A stretch of 61,243 nucleotides of DNA, counting the filler, from Porpidia crustulata (Eukaryota): the NCBI GenBank assembly GCA_964255105.1. It is 8 parts of 8 records of this genome, joined end to end, with 100 filler letters (N's around TTAATTAATTAA, not from the genome) between each part and the next. Parts side by side here need not be neighbours in the genome. Positions count along the whole stretch, not along the records: positions 46,027 to 53,586 come from CAXUWE010001293.1; positions 53,687 to 61,243 come from CAXUWE010001294.1; 6 more parts are not named here. One strand, written 5' to 3'. Shown one piece after another: positions 47,940 through 61,016 of the stretch; position 1 is the first letter of the stretch; the number at the start of each line of letters is the position of its first letter. The notes beneath the pieces were generated by a model, which saw nothing but the letters and a program-made list of their open reading frames with translations, had not been told where the DNA came from and made no database searches. A program made the position numbers and the translations under genes.

Positions 47940-50591
47940 AGTGACAAATCTTCGGATCTAAACTAACGTCTTTCAAATTGGGGCGTGCGTGTCATTGACT
48001 CGTCAGATTCTTCACGTTAATCGTCATAATCGGGGCAGATCTCTGTCTTCATCACCTGCCAAGTGGAGCCAGGACCAAGTAACAAGCGGGCTGACTTGTC
48101 TGTCCCTAAGTCCGCTTTTAATTAGTCCGCTATAGTGTACTTCGGCCCCCCAGTCTTTCATTAATGTCCACGTCAAAGTGCTTGGATAGCCTCAAGGTCT
48201 CAACGCAATTGCCGTCGTCGGCGTGGAGGAGCGATACCGGGTAGGCTAGCCTTCAATCCTTACCAGCTCCATATTCGAGCAATTTTCATACGATGTATTT
48301 TCTACTAAAGCGTATATCTCGTCTCAGTAGCAGGTAGTTGTCGAGCCACCTTTGGTCACCCTCCTTGGGTTCCGATGACTCTTCTTCAAGTGTCTTTTGC
48401 TGGAGCGTTTTTTGCTCAAAAACATTGTTTGGTGATCAAGGTCCACGGCAAACCTTAGGGCGTCATACCGCGTTTCGCTGTCAAAAATTTTCTTTTGCAT
48501 TTGAGATAACAATCTAAAAATTGGTACAAATCCTGTGCGTGCTGCTCCAGCTACCGTCTCATGAAATCTGTATTGGGTATTGATCTAGGAGAGAATGTGC
48601 CTGAAATAGATGTCCGTACCTTGCTTCCAGTCAACGAGGGCGCTGTAGGGTAGTTGTGGTAGTTTGACTTAGACCCTAGAATCGAGGTAGGACATGCATA
48701 ATCACGTATTGAAGAGGGTGATGGGCGCGGTTTCATGCCGGCCACCCAGCGTGCTTCTAATCTTGGGGTTGTGGCATACGTCGGTACCGGAAATGTAATC
48801 CTGGCGATAGAAAAAGCTGACGGTGGGCATCCAGCGTGTTTCTATTACAGGAGTCACCGCTTCCTACGATCCCAGTCCGGAGTGGACTCATCTCGGATTT
48901 AAGAAAGGCTCCACGGTGTATCCAGTCAGGTCGCTGAAATTTGGCGTCCATATGGTTCGCGTTTTAGGGCGGTTCTCAGAAAAGGAGGCTAAATCTTCTT
49001 CTTGTTTTTGCATTTGTACCAATATCACTACCGCTTGCAGACCCGCAAACCAACATCGGTATTCAAGGAAGAATCTCGCTTTCCAAGTGTTTCCTCAACA
49101 ACACCATGAAGATCACCCTCGTCTATGCCGTGGCCACTGACAGCCTCACCTTCTGTTGCTTAACCTCAATGTATAGTGACGAAGAGTGGGATATCTTCCT
49201 CTAACAGTCATGTCTCGGCTTGAACCTTAAAGACTCGCCTCTCGTCCCACTGTAGATCTCCGACAACCTTGGTGACCTCCCAGGTAGGTTCTCTACCGTA
49301 ATCGCAGGCCGGCAGCGGCGAAGTCTACCACGACCTCGCCGGGGCCAAGCGAGAAAATAAGTACAGTACAGACTGAAGGGCTTGGACTTCAGACAAGTTC
49401 TGCTCTCCTGGAACCGCAGCGTCAGCTCTAATACGAAGGAGGTACGAAGGTATCACCAACCTTCAGCGTTGTCGCTAATCCCAACCCTATAGCCATCCTT
49501 GTTATGGGACCTATCGCCGTCCTCCTCGATGCCTTCCATGATTAGATCCTCGATAATATCTTCGTGACCATACTCTTGCCTATCTCCGTCCCCCGGCCCA
49601 TCCTCATCCCCATCGATTGTTGGAGCCTCGTGATCAGTCGCAGATCCACCGAACAGCCCGAATCCCGCTGTACCTCTCGCGGATGGCCACATCCGTCGAG
49701 CCACGTCAGCTGGCACGGTCTGGATCTTCCAGTTGAACGGTGTACGCAGTCGGCACTTCTCTAGGCTCCACAGGAAGAGGGGTTCTCTTGAAGCCATGTC
49801 CCATCTTTTATCAGCTGACCTTCCTCAGCCGTCTTGTACGTGAGCATACTGGCTAAAGATGCTTGAGCCTCGATTCCAATGAGGTCTCGAAATTGAAGGA
49901 TACCGGTGTAGATCAAACGAGTCGCCAGGATTCGTTACGTATTATGGACGGCCTCCACGGATGGTATTCTTAATCGAGGCAACGCTGCACGCTGCGTGCT
50001 GCAGTTACCTTCGCGTGAGACCAAATCTGCCTCACAAAACCCAGCAAGCTGAGCTGGAAATGTGACTGGTCCAGATCGCGTGCCCTCCGATTCCTTCATC
50101 AGATTGCTGTGTGTTTGCTACAAAATCATCAGCGTCTCAAAATTGTCTCATCGCAGACATATTACAGTTTCCTGGTGAGCACGCGACCTGGATTGGAGGA
50201 AAGTCTTCCTTCCTCAACCCGAGATGCGTCGTTCATGATCAAAGTAGACACAATGACTACGTACAAGGAATGAAAAATCAATTTCATAAACTTGCTGCCA
50301 GAGTTAAATTATGATGAAGACGAGGGGTCAAGTTCGTCCCGTGCGATGGGATGGATAGATGGTGATACTGATTTCTGCCGACTTGACCTATTGTTTGCTT
50401 TCTCATGTAGTGATGACGAAACTTGGAACTGTGCGAGGAGGTCCTCAGCCAATACAGATTGCCCAACAGTCCGTAGTACCACATATATGGGCCAAAAGGA
50501 CTGGTGGGCCATTCCTGGTGTAATAATATTATCCAATGGCTTAAACATCCAGCTCGGCCGATGATGAAGAAGTAGCCGGACAACACAAAGA

Positions 50592-51746
50592 TCATACAGT
50601 TGCATGTGACGTGCAGTCATCACGAACAAATGGCTCTTCGCCTTTCTTCATCCGCCACCGATTCGTCGCCTCTAATGCCCCCGGCAACCCTTTAAACAAC
50701 CACCCCCATTTCCTCAGAAACCCTTCCGACATTTCCCACCCCGTGATATTCCAGGGCGGCGACCACGCAATGATACCGCGTCGCTCGATCTCGTCGTCGG
50801 GAAAGCCCTCGTACAGCCCGCCGATGCAGTCGGCCCACAGCTCGTCCTCGTCGAAGATGCCGGCGGCCCGGATCAGACGGTCTCGTCCTTCGGGACACGG
50901 GAACAGGTCGATCCAGTCGCCGTGCGGCACCGTTTGTTGAAGGGTGGTGGGCAGGAGTGTTGAAGGGAGTAGTTCGGGCTTGATAGGGTAGGGAATGACA
51001 TGGATTACTTCCTCATCACAGTCGAGCGGCGTGACGAGGATGCCCGAGATTAGAGTGCGGTTGACGGCCAGGGCGCGGAGGGCGTTGAATTGGAGGAGTG
51101 TGATGAGGTGATCTGTACAGAGGGGAAAGACAATGTCGAACTGCTCTTTTCTAGATTTATCTGGCAGCAAGGGATCTCTCGCATTGTATAGTTGCTTGAT
51201 ACGGGATGCTGAGACGGTGAAGACGGATTGCTGCTCAACGTCCCAGCATTCCACCAGCGCTTCTGATTTGATCAGTGTCCCGGTTGCGGCACTGAGTGCT
51301 TCGGCTTTCTTTGCTAGGGCTATGCGTTTTCCTGCTGGACTATTAGTTTCGATAATTGGGTACCCCTTGATCGGACTGGTCCTGACTCCTGATTTGGACG
51401 AAAGAGAAAACAAGGCCTTACTTACGGTATGCCCTTGTGTTGAGTCTAGTCTGTGCCCGTCTGCGTGCTGCGGAATCCTTGGTCCCAGTCCAGTCATCTT
51501 CCCTGCTTATCGCCTGTACGCGGTGAGCAAGTCATGTCGTCTTCATGATTGAAGGCGGCCTAGTACGTACCTCGGCCAATTGTGGCATTGACGCGAGTTG
51601 AATGCGTGGTGCTGTTGAACTTGCAGACTGATACGTACTAATCATGATGCTAGCGGACGTTGAAATTGCGATGATGATGAAATTGGTGATGAATGATGTA
51701 AGCTTCTTCAGGCTGGCCAAGGCGGTTTATGTAGCCTGCTCACCAT
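50592..51746 (-). CDS. bZIP-like / DUF3425 transcription factor; start uncertain
   Basis: Spliced basic region EDDWTGTKDSAARRRAQTRLNTRAYR; C-terminal DHLITLLQFNALRA, LLPTTLQQTVPHGDWIDLFP, WEMSEGFLRKWGWL and TNRWRMKKGE. Confidence 0.85.
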
Positions 51747-52311
51747 GACGAGTCTGACACTCGGGAACGGAGGAGTTGATATGCTTACTATTCCGCAGCT
51801 GAGGCGCAGACAGAGAGGAAACGGCACGATATCATTGATCACTATTACAGTGTCTAGCTTTGAGCAGGTCTAGCGTCATACAACCTGCTCACATTATGGA
51901 TCAGGATCACGAGCTCCAGCATCACACATGCACCACTTGACTGACCAACGCAACGTTATGATTTTCCGAAAGTGGCTAATGTGGACAGTAGCTAGAGATT
52001 CGGTGAGCCCCCCACTCGAAATTCTTCTATTAATCCATCTCTTCAATAGGTTCAAGTCGAATGTGACGTGATTGGTCCAAGGATCATGCAGCTTGCTCAC
52101 GATATCTGATTCTCGGAATAACATTTAAGATGCAAGCATCTCGGACGTTGTTTAATAAGAGCAATAAAAGCAATATAAAGATCGTAGCATCGTCTTGATT
52201 TCGACGCGTCTTTTCGTATCATCAAAAAATATAGAACTCAATCCAAGACACTGAATTATCTGTTTCTTAGTATTACACCTTCACACATTGACTCAAGTAC
52301 TCGTTTTGAAC

Positions 52312-53335
52312 ATGACTTTTCATATCGACGCTCTCCCCGATCTCAAGGGCAAAGTATTCATAGTCACAGGTGGGAATTCCGGCATGTAAGTCTCCCCTCT
52401 CCCCTCTCATCACGAAGCCCGAATCGCTGATCTCACCAAACCACAGAGGCTACTACACCGTAGCCCATCTAGCAGAACACGGCGCCCACGTTTACATGTG
52501 CGCCCGATCCCCAGAGAAGGGCACAGCAGCGATCGCCAACATCAGGAAAATGCACCCCTCAGCCAACATCGACCTCCTGCAAATGGACCTCATGGACCTC
52601 ATCAGCGTCGTCGCGGCCGCCAAGCACTTCCTCACCCTCGAAACAGCCCTGCACGGCTTGATCAACAACGCAGGCATCATGGCGACGCCCTTCGAAATGA
52701 CCAAAGATGATCATGAGGCTCAGTGGCAGACCAACTACCTCGCGCACTGGGTTTTGACGGAGCATCTGCTTTCTCTGATGCTGCGGACCGCCAAGACGCT
52801 TCCTCCCGGCAGCGTGCGCATCGTCAACCTCACTTCATCGGGCCACTTGGGCGCACTCAAGGGCGGCATCAATTTCAAGGACCTGTCGCTCAAGGATAGC
52901 GGCCCGTGGCCGCGATATGGGCAGAGCAAGCTCGCCAACATTCTGCACACCAAGACCCTGCACAAGACGTACGGCCCCGACTCTCCCAGTGCGCGGAACG
53001 AGGAGGGCGAGATCTGGGTTTCGTCCGTGCATCCAGGTCCGGTTGAGACGAATCTCGCCACGTCGGTGAGGGAGTCGGGATCGGGCATGATGAGTGTTTT
53101 CTCGGTCTTACGCATGTTTGGATTGATATGGCCTGCCGATAAGGGATCGTGGACCAGTCTGTTTTGTGCGGCGAGTCCGGATATGAAGGCAGAGCAGAGC
53201 GGCACGTATTTCGAAATTTTCCGGCGATTTGGGGAGCCGAGGTGGCAGAGCGGTGCGGCGAAGGATGGGAAGCTTGCAGAGAGGTTGGAGGAGTGGACTG
53301 CGAGGGTGATGAGGAAGGAAGGGTGGATTCGGTAA
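52312..53335 (+). CDS. Short-chain dehydrogenase/reductase (retinol dehydrogenase-like)
   Basis: PDLKGKVFIVTGGNSGIG across intron 52386-52446; LINNAGIM, YGQSKLAN (YxxxK) and VHPG. Confidence 0.92.
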
Positions 53336-53586
53336 TGGCGTCAACTAGTTTCGGTCCTTTTCGATTAAATTAATAATTTTTTGTTTTATATTATTACAAT
53401 AGGATACCTTTTAAGCAAAAAATTCGCATAGTCAAGTAGATGTTAACAGGTCACGTGACGGCAGTGCATGCTATTAATTAATATAAAGCAATTATAATGA
53501 TGATTCATATAATTTATATTAATGTAGATAAATGTTAGCCCCAGGCTAGGAACACTTGCCCAGGACACAGGCTACGCGGGCTGCGC

Positions 53587-53686
53587 NNNNNNNNNNNNNN
53601 NNNNNNNNNNNNNNNNNNNNNNNNNNNNNNTTAATTAATTAANNNNNNNNNNNNNNNNNNNNNNNNNNNNNNNNNNNNNNNNNNNN
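53587..53686. other. Artificial contig spacer
   Basis: N-run with TTAATTAATTAA. Confidence 0.99.
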
Positions 53687-53852
53687 GCATTGTGGGTTAT
53701 GTTGAGTTGCTGGGATTTGGTGTAAGGTGGGGAGAAAGGAAGGGGTTGAGATCGGAGATTGAAGATCTACAGGAGGGCTGTGGAGCGGAGCGGGGCAAAC
53801 CGAGTAGACCCTTCGCGTCCTCGAGTCTCTCAAGCAGCGCATAACACTTCCA

Positions 53853-54680
53853 ATGGCATCGATCAGGGCCAATGCGCGCAAAGTCATCTGCATCGGTAGG
53901 AATTACGCGTATGTCTCACACTTCCTTTTCTCGTCTCGTGCATCAAAGACTAATTACAATGCTAAGAATACAAGGGATCACATCAAGGAGCTCAACAACG
54001 TCAGGCCCAAGAAACCTTTCTTCTTCCTGAAACCGCCTTCGTCGATTCTGCCCCCGAAAAGCGGACCAGTGCTTCGCCCGCGAGGTGTTGTTCTACATTA
54101 TGAGGTTGAGCTGGCGCTGGTTATGGGTAGGGAGGTGAAGGATTTGGATGAGAGGGATGAGAAGCGGGCGATTGATGCTATTGATGGTGGGTGGTATATT
54201 CATGGCCATTTTCATGAGGCCCTGAGAATAAGTTTAGGGCGAACTAAGAAAAGAGCAGCCTACGCCCTCGCGATAGACCTCACGGCCCGTAATCTCCAGG
54301 ACGAAGCCAAGAAAAAGGGCCTCCCCTGGACCATCGCTAAGGGCTTCGACACCTTCTGCCCCATCAGTGATCCCATATCTAAACGACACATTCCAGATCC
54401 TCACGACGTGGATCTGATGCTCCATATCAATGGCCAGGCGAAGCAATCGGACAGCACGGGCTTGATGCTATTCCGCATTCCGAGGATATTGAGCGAGATA
54501 ACCCAGGTCATGAAATTGGAGAGAGGTGATGTGATACTTACAGGAACTCCGAAGGGTGTCGGGGAGGTGAAGGCTGGGGAAAGGATGGCAGCGGGTTTGA
54601 GTGTGGGGGGACACAAGGTGGAGGCAATCGACGTAGAGGTAGAAGAGAGACAGGGGATGTATGAGTACAAGGAAACATAG
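53853..54680 (+). CDS. Fumarylacetoacetate hydrolase family protein (FAHD1/Fmp41-like) with two in-frame introns
   Basis: KVICIGRNYA, PFFFLKPPSS, LHYEVELALV, GLPWTIAKGFDTF and GDVILTGTPKGVG. Confidence 0.92.
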   Translation: MASIRANARKVICIGRNYAYVSHFLFSSRASKTNYNAKNTRDHIKELNNVRPKKPFFFLKPPSSILPPKSGPVLRPRGVVLHYEVELALVMGREVKDLDERDEKRAIDAIDGGWYIHGHFHEALRISLGRTKKRAAYALAIDLTARNLQDEAKKKGLPWTIAKGFDTFCPISDPISKRHIPDPHDVDLMLHINGQAKQSDSTGLMLFRIPRILSEITQVMKLERGDVILTGTPKGVGEVKAGERMAAGLSVGGHKVEAIDVEVEERQGMYEYKET

Positions 54681-54785
54681 AAATGAGGTAAGAGAGAGCT
54701 CTAGCAGTAATCGCGGAAAGCAGCAAAAGAGAACCAATAGAAAAATCATCTTCATCAACACCATCTGCGCCTGGATGTCAGACTT

Positions 54786-55619
54786 TCAGCGCAATTGCTG
54801 CAGCAGACGTTGTCTCCTACTTTTCCTCCGTCTGCCGTCCTCGATCATGCGTCTAGCTTCTTCGGTTGCATTTCTGGTAGACCAGCCCAGTATTTCGAGC
54901 TTCTTCAATAGCGTCACTCGATAGTATTTGGATTTGATGCCTGAGACGAACTTTTTGGCTGCTCGTATGTCGTACTGCCGTAACTCCTCCGCCAGGACGC
55001 CTTCACCGTAACTTATATACTCCTGTAGTGCTTGACTCCCCTGGGATCTCATATTGATTTCTGGAACTGAAGTGGCCTTCGCGTCGATCTCCATGGTTTC
55101 GTCTGCGGTTGTGGCAGGAGATGATCGTGAAGAAGCTAACGGAGCTTTCAGTCAACGTCTATCTTGGTGTTGCAGGCTTTGGTACCTACCGATTCTAATG
55201 GTAGGATTCGCCTGTATAAACGGCTGTGGCTCTTCATGTCTGATCTTTAAGTCGTGGACCACTTTCTCAGTCCTGTCACATCTCGCATCCATCTTCCCCA
55301 TCCACTTGTCCTCTGTTTCAATAAGACGACTCAGGGTATTTTCCAGCGAGGCAACTTTCGCCTTCAATCTCTCAGTAAGATCCTCATTCACCAACTCTCG
55401 GGCTACTGAATCCTCTTCTAATTGGTGTACCCGGTGCTGCAAGATGTTGTCGTGCTCTTGTAGATGTTTGATGCTTACCACGAGACCTTTAGTTTCTTCC
55501 TCCAGACATGTAATCCGTACCATGAGCTCAGAAATACTCTTGAGATTTTGGAGTAGATGGTTGTGCTCGATTTGAAAGCGTTTCGCCCAAAGCATCCATT
55601 CCGCTTCTGGAGGACCCAT
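54786..55619 (-). CDS. Hypothetical coiled-coil protein, split into two ORFs (intron or disruption)
   Basis: MGPPEAEWMLWAKRFQIEH... coiled-coil ORF followed by ORF 54786-55094. Confidence 0.4.
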
Positions 55620-56343
55620 GCTATCCCTCTTTCCTTCTCTGACTCTCTCTTCGGAGTCGTTGGTGTATTTCCTAGCCGCTTGCTCCTTCCTGTATCTTTG
55701 GTAGAGGAGTAGAAGGTCAGCAGGCAATTTTAAGTCACCTTTATTGGGGCTACATAGATGTCGTAAGACGAGAGTTCATTGAGTAATGAGAGTCCTTTGC
55801 GGATGAGAACGTTGAACTGTAGATCTGTGAAAGTGCGGGCTTGCTCGCTATCTTTGTTAGTAAGGCTTCATTGATGTCTACACAAGCATGTGCGGTCATT
55901 ATTGAATGAAAATATCTCATTATTTCTATCGGTCTAATCGGAAAAGCCAAGATCGCAGAAATATCATCGATGCAGGTCAAGATACCATTGATACGTAATG
56001 ATTCCTGAGCGCAACCTTGTGTACACCACGACAAAGAAGCCAAAGGCGGAAGGCCCCAGTACGAGATAAAGAACCAGCGAAATACTTTTGAGAGAAATAT
56101 CAACCTTGGGGGCCAATTAAGAGATACCATCTGACACGACAAACCGAACATAGCTGACGTGATACTGGGTATTGACAAACCCCTCTATCGATTCTCCACA
56201 AGTAGCCTCCTTAAATCAGGTTCGCACCTTATCAAGTGCCTACAAACTTCTCAAATCCTCGTTGCTCTAAGATATCACAGGGCAATATCAAGGCAACGCC
56301 AGGATAGGTATCGCACAAAGAATCGTAGATTGGAATCTGTGAT

Positions 56344-57867
56344 CTAAATGAGATCTGGCAGGTAGTCAGTATTACCAATCCACTAGTATCTAGTCTTGCC
56401 ATGATGAACTTACCTGCTACGTTCATGGGCATCTCTTCAATTTGAGTGCTGTAGAATTGTTCAATTTCTCTCATCATTCGTACGTCGTCAGCAGTAACGA
56501 AGTTAATAGCAACCCCTTTTCGTCCAAATCGACCACCACGACCGATACGATGAATGTAATTCTCACGATTTGCCGGTAGGTCGTAGTTGATGACCAAGGA
56601 AACCTGTTGAACGTCGATACCACGAGCCAGAAGATCTGTAGCGATCAAAACCCGCGAGGACCCTGAACGGAACTCTTTCATAATAAGGTCACGTTGAGGT
56701 TGATCCATATCTCCGTGCATGGCAGACACAGTGAAGTCGCGGGCGGTAAGCTTATCGGTAAGCCAGTCAACCTTTCTCCTCGTGTTGCAGAAGATTACAG
56801 CTTGGGTAATAGTGACCGTTTCATACAAATCCGAGAGCGTGTCCAGCTTCCAATCCTCTTTCTCAACAGCGATGTAGAATTGCTTAATACCCTCGAGAGT
56901 AAGCTCGTCTTTCTTGACCAAGATCCGGACAGGGTCGCGCATGAATTTGGTCGTAACTTCGAGGACATCCTGAGGCATCGTAGCTGATAGGAGGACGACC
57001 TGAGTGGACTGGGGCAAGAGTTGGAAAATATCGTAAATTTGTTCGGTAAACCCGCGCTATGTAATTATAAGTAGCAGATTCAGCATCTTTGAGAAAAAGT
57101 GATACTCACAGATAACATTTCGTCAGCCTCATCAAGCACGAACATTTTCATTGAATCGGTCTTAAGAACACGACGTTGGATCATGTCTTGCACACGCCCT
57201 GGGGTGCCAACAACCACTTGAGGACCATCTTGAAGCGCTTTCATGTCATCTCTGACGCTAGTTCCACCAATACACGCATGGCATTCGACATTCATGAAAT
57301 CACCAATGGCGACCACGACCTTCTGTATCTGTTGCGCCAATTCACGTGTGGGGGCAAGGATTAGAGCCTGGCAAGCCTTGACGTTTGGGTCCAGTTTTTG
57401 TAAAACGGAGACCGAGAAGGTGGCAGTCTTGCCAGTGCCCGATTGCGCCTGAGCAATAACATCGGATCCTGCACGTCCCAGATTAGACGGACATGTATAG
57501 GTTTCTTCACTAGTGTTCTATACCTACCCTTGATGACTGGCATGATGGCACGCTGTTGAATGGCAGATGGCCGTTCGAACCCATAGGCATACACACCTAA
57601 GGGTGCTCAGTATCTTGGTGGCGTGGCTGGGTTGGCGCATCAACATACCTCGTAGAAGCTCGCTCTTGAGGTTCATGGCATCGAAAGAATCTGTGATCTC
57701 ATCATAGTTGGATTCGATTTGAGCTGGAAAGCATGGCGAAGTTAGCAGATTTCTAATTGATTTTTGCCGGATTTGTGTCTCGGAGCATGCGACATTTGAC
57801 ATGGACGGTGTCGGGATAAAGAGGCCTCACATTCTGGGATCTCTTCGAGGCCTTTGTCGGTAGCCAT
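56344..57867 (-). CDS. TIF1: Translation initiation factor eIF4A (DEAD-box helicase)
   Basis: [47 protein letters not shown] and [13 protein letters not shown]; terminal micro-exon DLI*. Confidence 0.97.
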
Positions 57868-58503
57868 GATTGCGGTCTGGTTCTTAGAAGGTCTTGACTT
57901 AGGTCGGTGATCTTGTAAATTGGTAAAAGATTTGGTGGGGCTATCGGGAGGTGAACCTTCAAGGCTACCACCGCAAATAATTGTACGGGGTTTTGGTGTT
58001 CTTGGATAACAAAGCACTCAGATATGAGTGCTGTGCTGATAGCGGATAGTTATATCTGTTCTGGTGAGCGATGTCTTTTGTCAAATGATGTATTGGAAGA
58101 GAGAAGATCAAATGGTGAGGTTCCACTGTGTGAAACTGAAATTTTGAGAAGACGCTAAAAATAATTGTTTGCCGCGCTCGCTTCGGCTTTCTTGATTTCA
58201 TATTCGCCGCACCGCCCGACGCACAATCATATTTGTAGCCTTATACCGTACTGCAGAACATCAAAGCACCTCGCGCATCACCATCATTTTATGGTAATCT
58301 GATTTCTTCTTAATGACATTGTGAGTCTACCTCATTGTCTTTGCTGTAAGGTCATCTTGTCCTTTGCTAGCCAGAAGTTTGCTACCGTTATTGGATATTA
58401 TGTTGATCGTGACTTTACAAAGCAACCAGGAGCTCTCGCTATTTCCATGAATGGCCAGGCTACTAGTGTAACTTATATATAAGGATTCTGATCTACCCCG
58501 AGG

Positions 58504-60286
58504 ATGCAAAAAGATGTTAATTCCTTTGGACCAGACGAGACTTCCGTAGCAGTCCCTCCTCACCCTCTGCATGTCAAGCCAGCCGGCAACGCCTATGGAA
58601 GCGTTAAAAACATCAAGGCATTCGCAGGATCATTCTCCAGATTGCCGGATGAACTCATACTCCTCGTACTTCGGTGTCTCGGTCCTGCTTCGCTGCTGCA
58701 ACTCAGCAGAACCTGCAAGGCTCTATTTGCCTACTGCAGAATGGAAGAGATTTGGAAGGCGCTATTTGTAGAGTACGCATCCTCATCCGGCCAAGACTTG
58801 ATTTCTACCGTTTTCTTCTTCTTGGTCGAGCCGGGGCCTCAACCTTGGTGGATGTCCATCTACCCGAACCATTGAACATCTGATATTCAATGCTTTTCTT
58901 ACCCACCAACACCAGATATTTGACAAGAAAATTCTGGGAGTAGGCTTGTTTTTCCTCCCCCGATCTATACTTATGCTTTACTCTTATATTATTACGTATA
59001 AATTATATGACTTCCACCACGTCTCGTGCCCCTGCCAGGTTGAAATGCGGCTAAGCACCTTTTCCTTTAGATCTTCCCCCTCTGCTGTGACCTGGCGCGG
59101 AACATGGTTTTCCACGTTCAATAGGATCTCCAATGCATACCTGTCTCACATCTCATGTGAGAACCTCTTCTCAGATCTGATACACAGACCTTTCTTTTGT
59201 GCTCATACTCCCCTACACTCATATTCGAGCAATATACCCCCGATCAATCTTATATCTACGCTATCAGATCTGTCCCCTGCTGAGTTCTCGACAATTTGGA
59301 CGGACAAGCCCTTTATTTTAACGGATCCGGTTCGAGAGTGGCCAGCATATCAAACATGGGTCGTGGATGAACTCATTCAAAAGTATGGAGAAGTCAAATT
59401 TAGAGCTGAAGCAGTCGATTGGTCGCTGAAGACATATGTGGACTACATGAACGACACATCAGATGAGAGTCCATTGTATCTTTTCGATCGCTTCTTTGTT
59501 GAGAAGATGGATATCGAAGTTGGCAAGGAGAACAATGGACAGTACTGGGCTCCTGAATGCTTTGGAGAAGATCTATTTGCGGCCTTGGGCAATAAAAGAC
59601 CACACAGCCGATGGCTAATCGTGGGGCCGGAAAGAAGCGGAAGCACTTTTCACAAAGATCCGAATGCTACAAGGTCGGTCTCTTATTTTCTAACAACAAG
59701 ATTCAAGTCTGACCTCAGTAGCGCTTGGAATGCCGTTCTCCGTGGCTCGAAATACTGGATAATGTTTCCTGCGTCACCGTCAACTCCGCCTCCACCCGGC
59801 GTTTTCGTCTCAGAGGATCAAAGCGAAGTCACTAGTCCTCTCAGCATTGCCGAATGGTTACTTGGTTTTCACGCCGAAGCGAGGATGTCTCGGGGCTGTG
59901 TGGAAGGTATCTGCCACGAGGGAGAGGTGTTGCATGTCCCTTCGGGGTGGTGGCATCTAGTCGTGAATCTCAGTCCGAGCATTGCAATTACACAGAACTT
60001 TGTTCCGAGGAATCACCTTACTAATGTGCTGGCGTTCTTGAAAGACAAGCCTAGTCAAGTATCCGGCTTCAGGGGCGACATCAAGAATCCTTACGAGACC
60101 TTTGTGGACAAGTTGAAGGAGCTACATCCGGCGATGTTGGAAGACGCTCTAGAGGAACTGGAAAGGTCAAAGGATGGTCGGAAGCGAAAGTGGAAACAAT
60201 TGGTCAACGGTCACAAGGATGAGCATGAAAGAAGAAACGGGTTCAGCTTCGGCTTCGGAGATGGAGATGAGGTAGAAGTGCCATAA
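58504..60286 (+). CDS. F-box and JmjC domain protein (JMJD6-like); start uncertain
   Basis: F-box LPDELILLVL...WKALF; JmjC DESPLYLFD, WLIVGPERSGSTFHKDPNATSAWN and HVPSGWWHLVVNL. Confidence 0.9.
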
Positions 60287-60333
60287 ATCGTAAAGAGCCG
60301 TCCCCTGGATATATCTAGACAAGTAACAGCGCA

Positions 60334-61016
60334 TTAATGGCATGCCACGCTCTTCGTAGCGCTCGAGTTCCCAAAAACTAGATATCCCACAAAGGCGCCC
60401 ACTGCAACTGCAAACATGACCCAGCCGTTGTACGTCATGAAAAGAAGCCTAACCCTGTCAGTCACCCCAGCCTGTTGTCGACCAGGTAAATAGCACTCAC
60501 ATGATGAAAAAGCTATAAAACACTTGCGCCGCATACAGCACTGCCTTGGTACACTTCACTTTCGTCTCCGCTTGTCCAACACTCTTCCCTAGCCGCAGTA
60601 ATGAGCTCCGTTCATGACCATCATCGGCTTTAAAGCGCAAAACAAATAGAGCTTAGCCCCCGTCCCCACCCGCACAGTTGTACCACACCGGATTTGCGAC
60701 TTACTGGGTAGACTGTTCATGTACTCCGCGCTCGAAGACTCGTAGCGCCTGCTGGATTCGCGGAGGAGCTCGTAGCCGGCAGTCAGGACGACGACGCCGA
60801 GGAGGGAGAGGATAAGTGTGAAGGTGGAGGAGATGTGCCATTGACGGAAGATGATGCAGAGGTCGGTGGTGTCCCAGGTGAAGAGCATCTGGAGTTTTGG
60901 TCAGTATGGGGGGAGATAGTTGGGCAGAGGAGAGGGGGATGGCAGACGTTCATGTTGCATTTGGGGCCATGGGAGGGCATGTCCATGCCTCCGTGATTCA
61001 TGTGGCTGTGGTCCAT
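60334..61016 (-). CDS. CTR2: Ctr copper transporter (Ctr2-like), 4 exons
   Basis: Met/His-rich N-terminus MDHSHMNHGGMDM, CNMNMLFTW, MLLFMTYN (MxxxM), GAFVG and C-terminal ACH. Confidence 0.88.

Noticed and set aside
48324..50564. Cluster of short ORFs, possibly degraded genes
   Set aside because: No recognisable motif or consistent exon chain
53340..53586. AT-rich contig end with TGTTAG, a possible LTR or RIP-mutated repeat
   Set aside because: Too little sequence before the spacer to support a call
58083..58140. Possible C/D snoRNA (ATGATG...CTGA) between eIF4A and the F-box/JmjC gene
   Set aside because: Box C is imperfect, and no terminal stem or recognisable rRNA guide was seen
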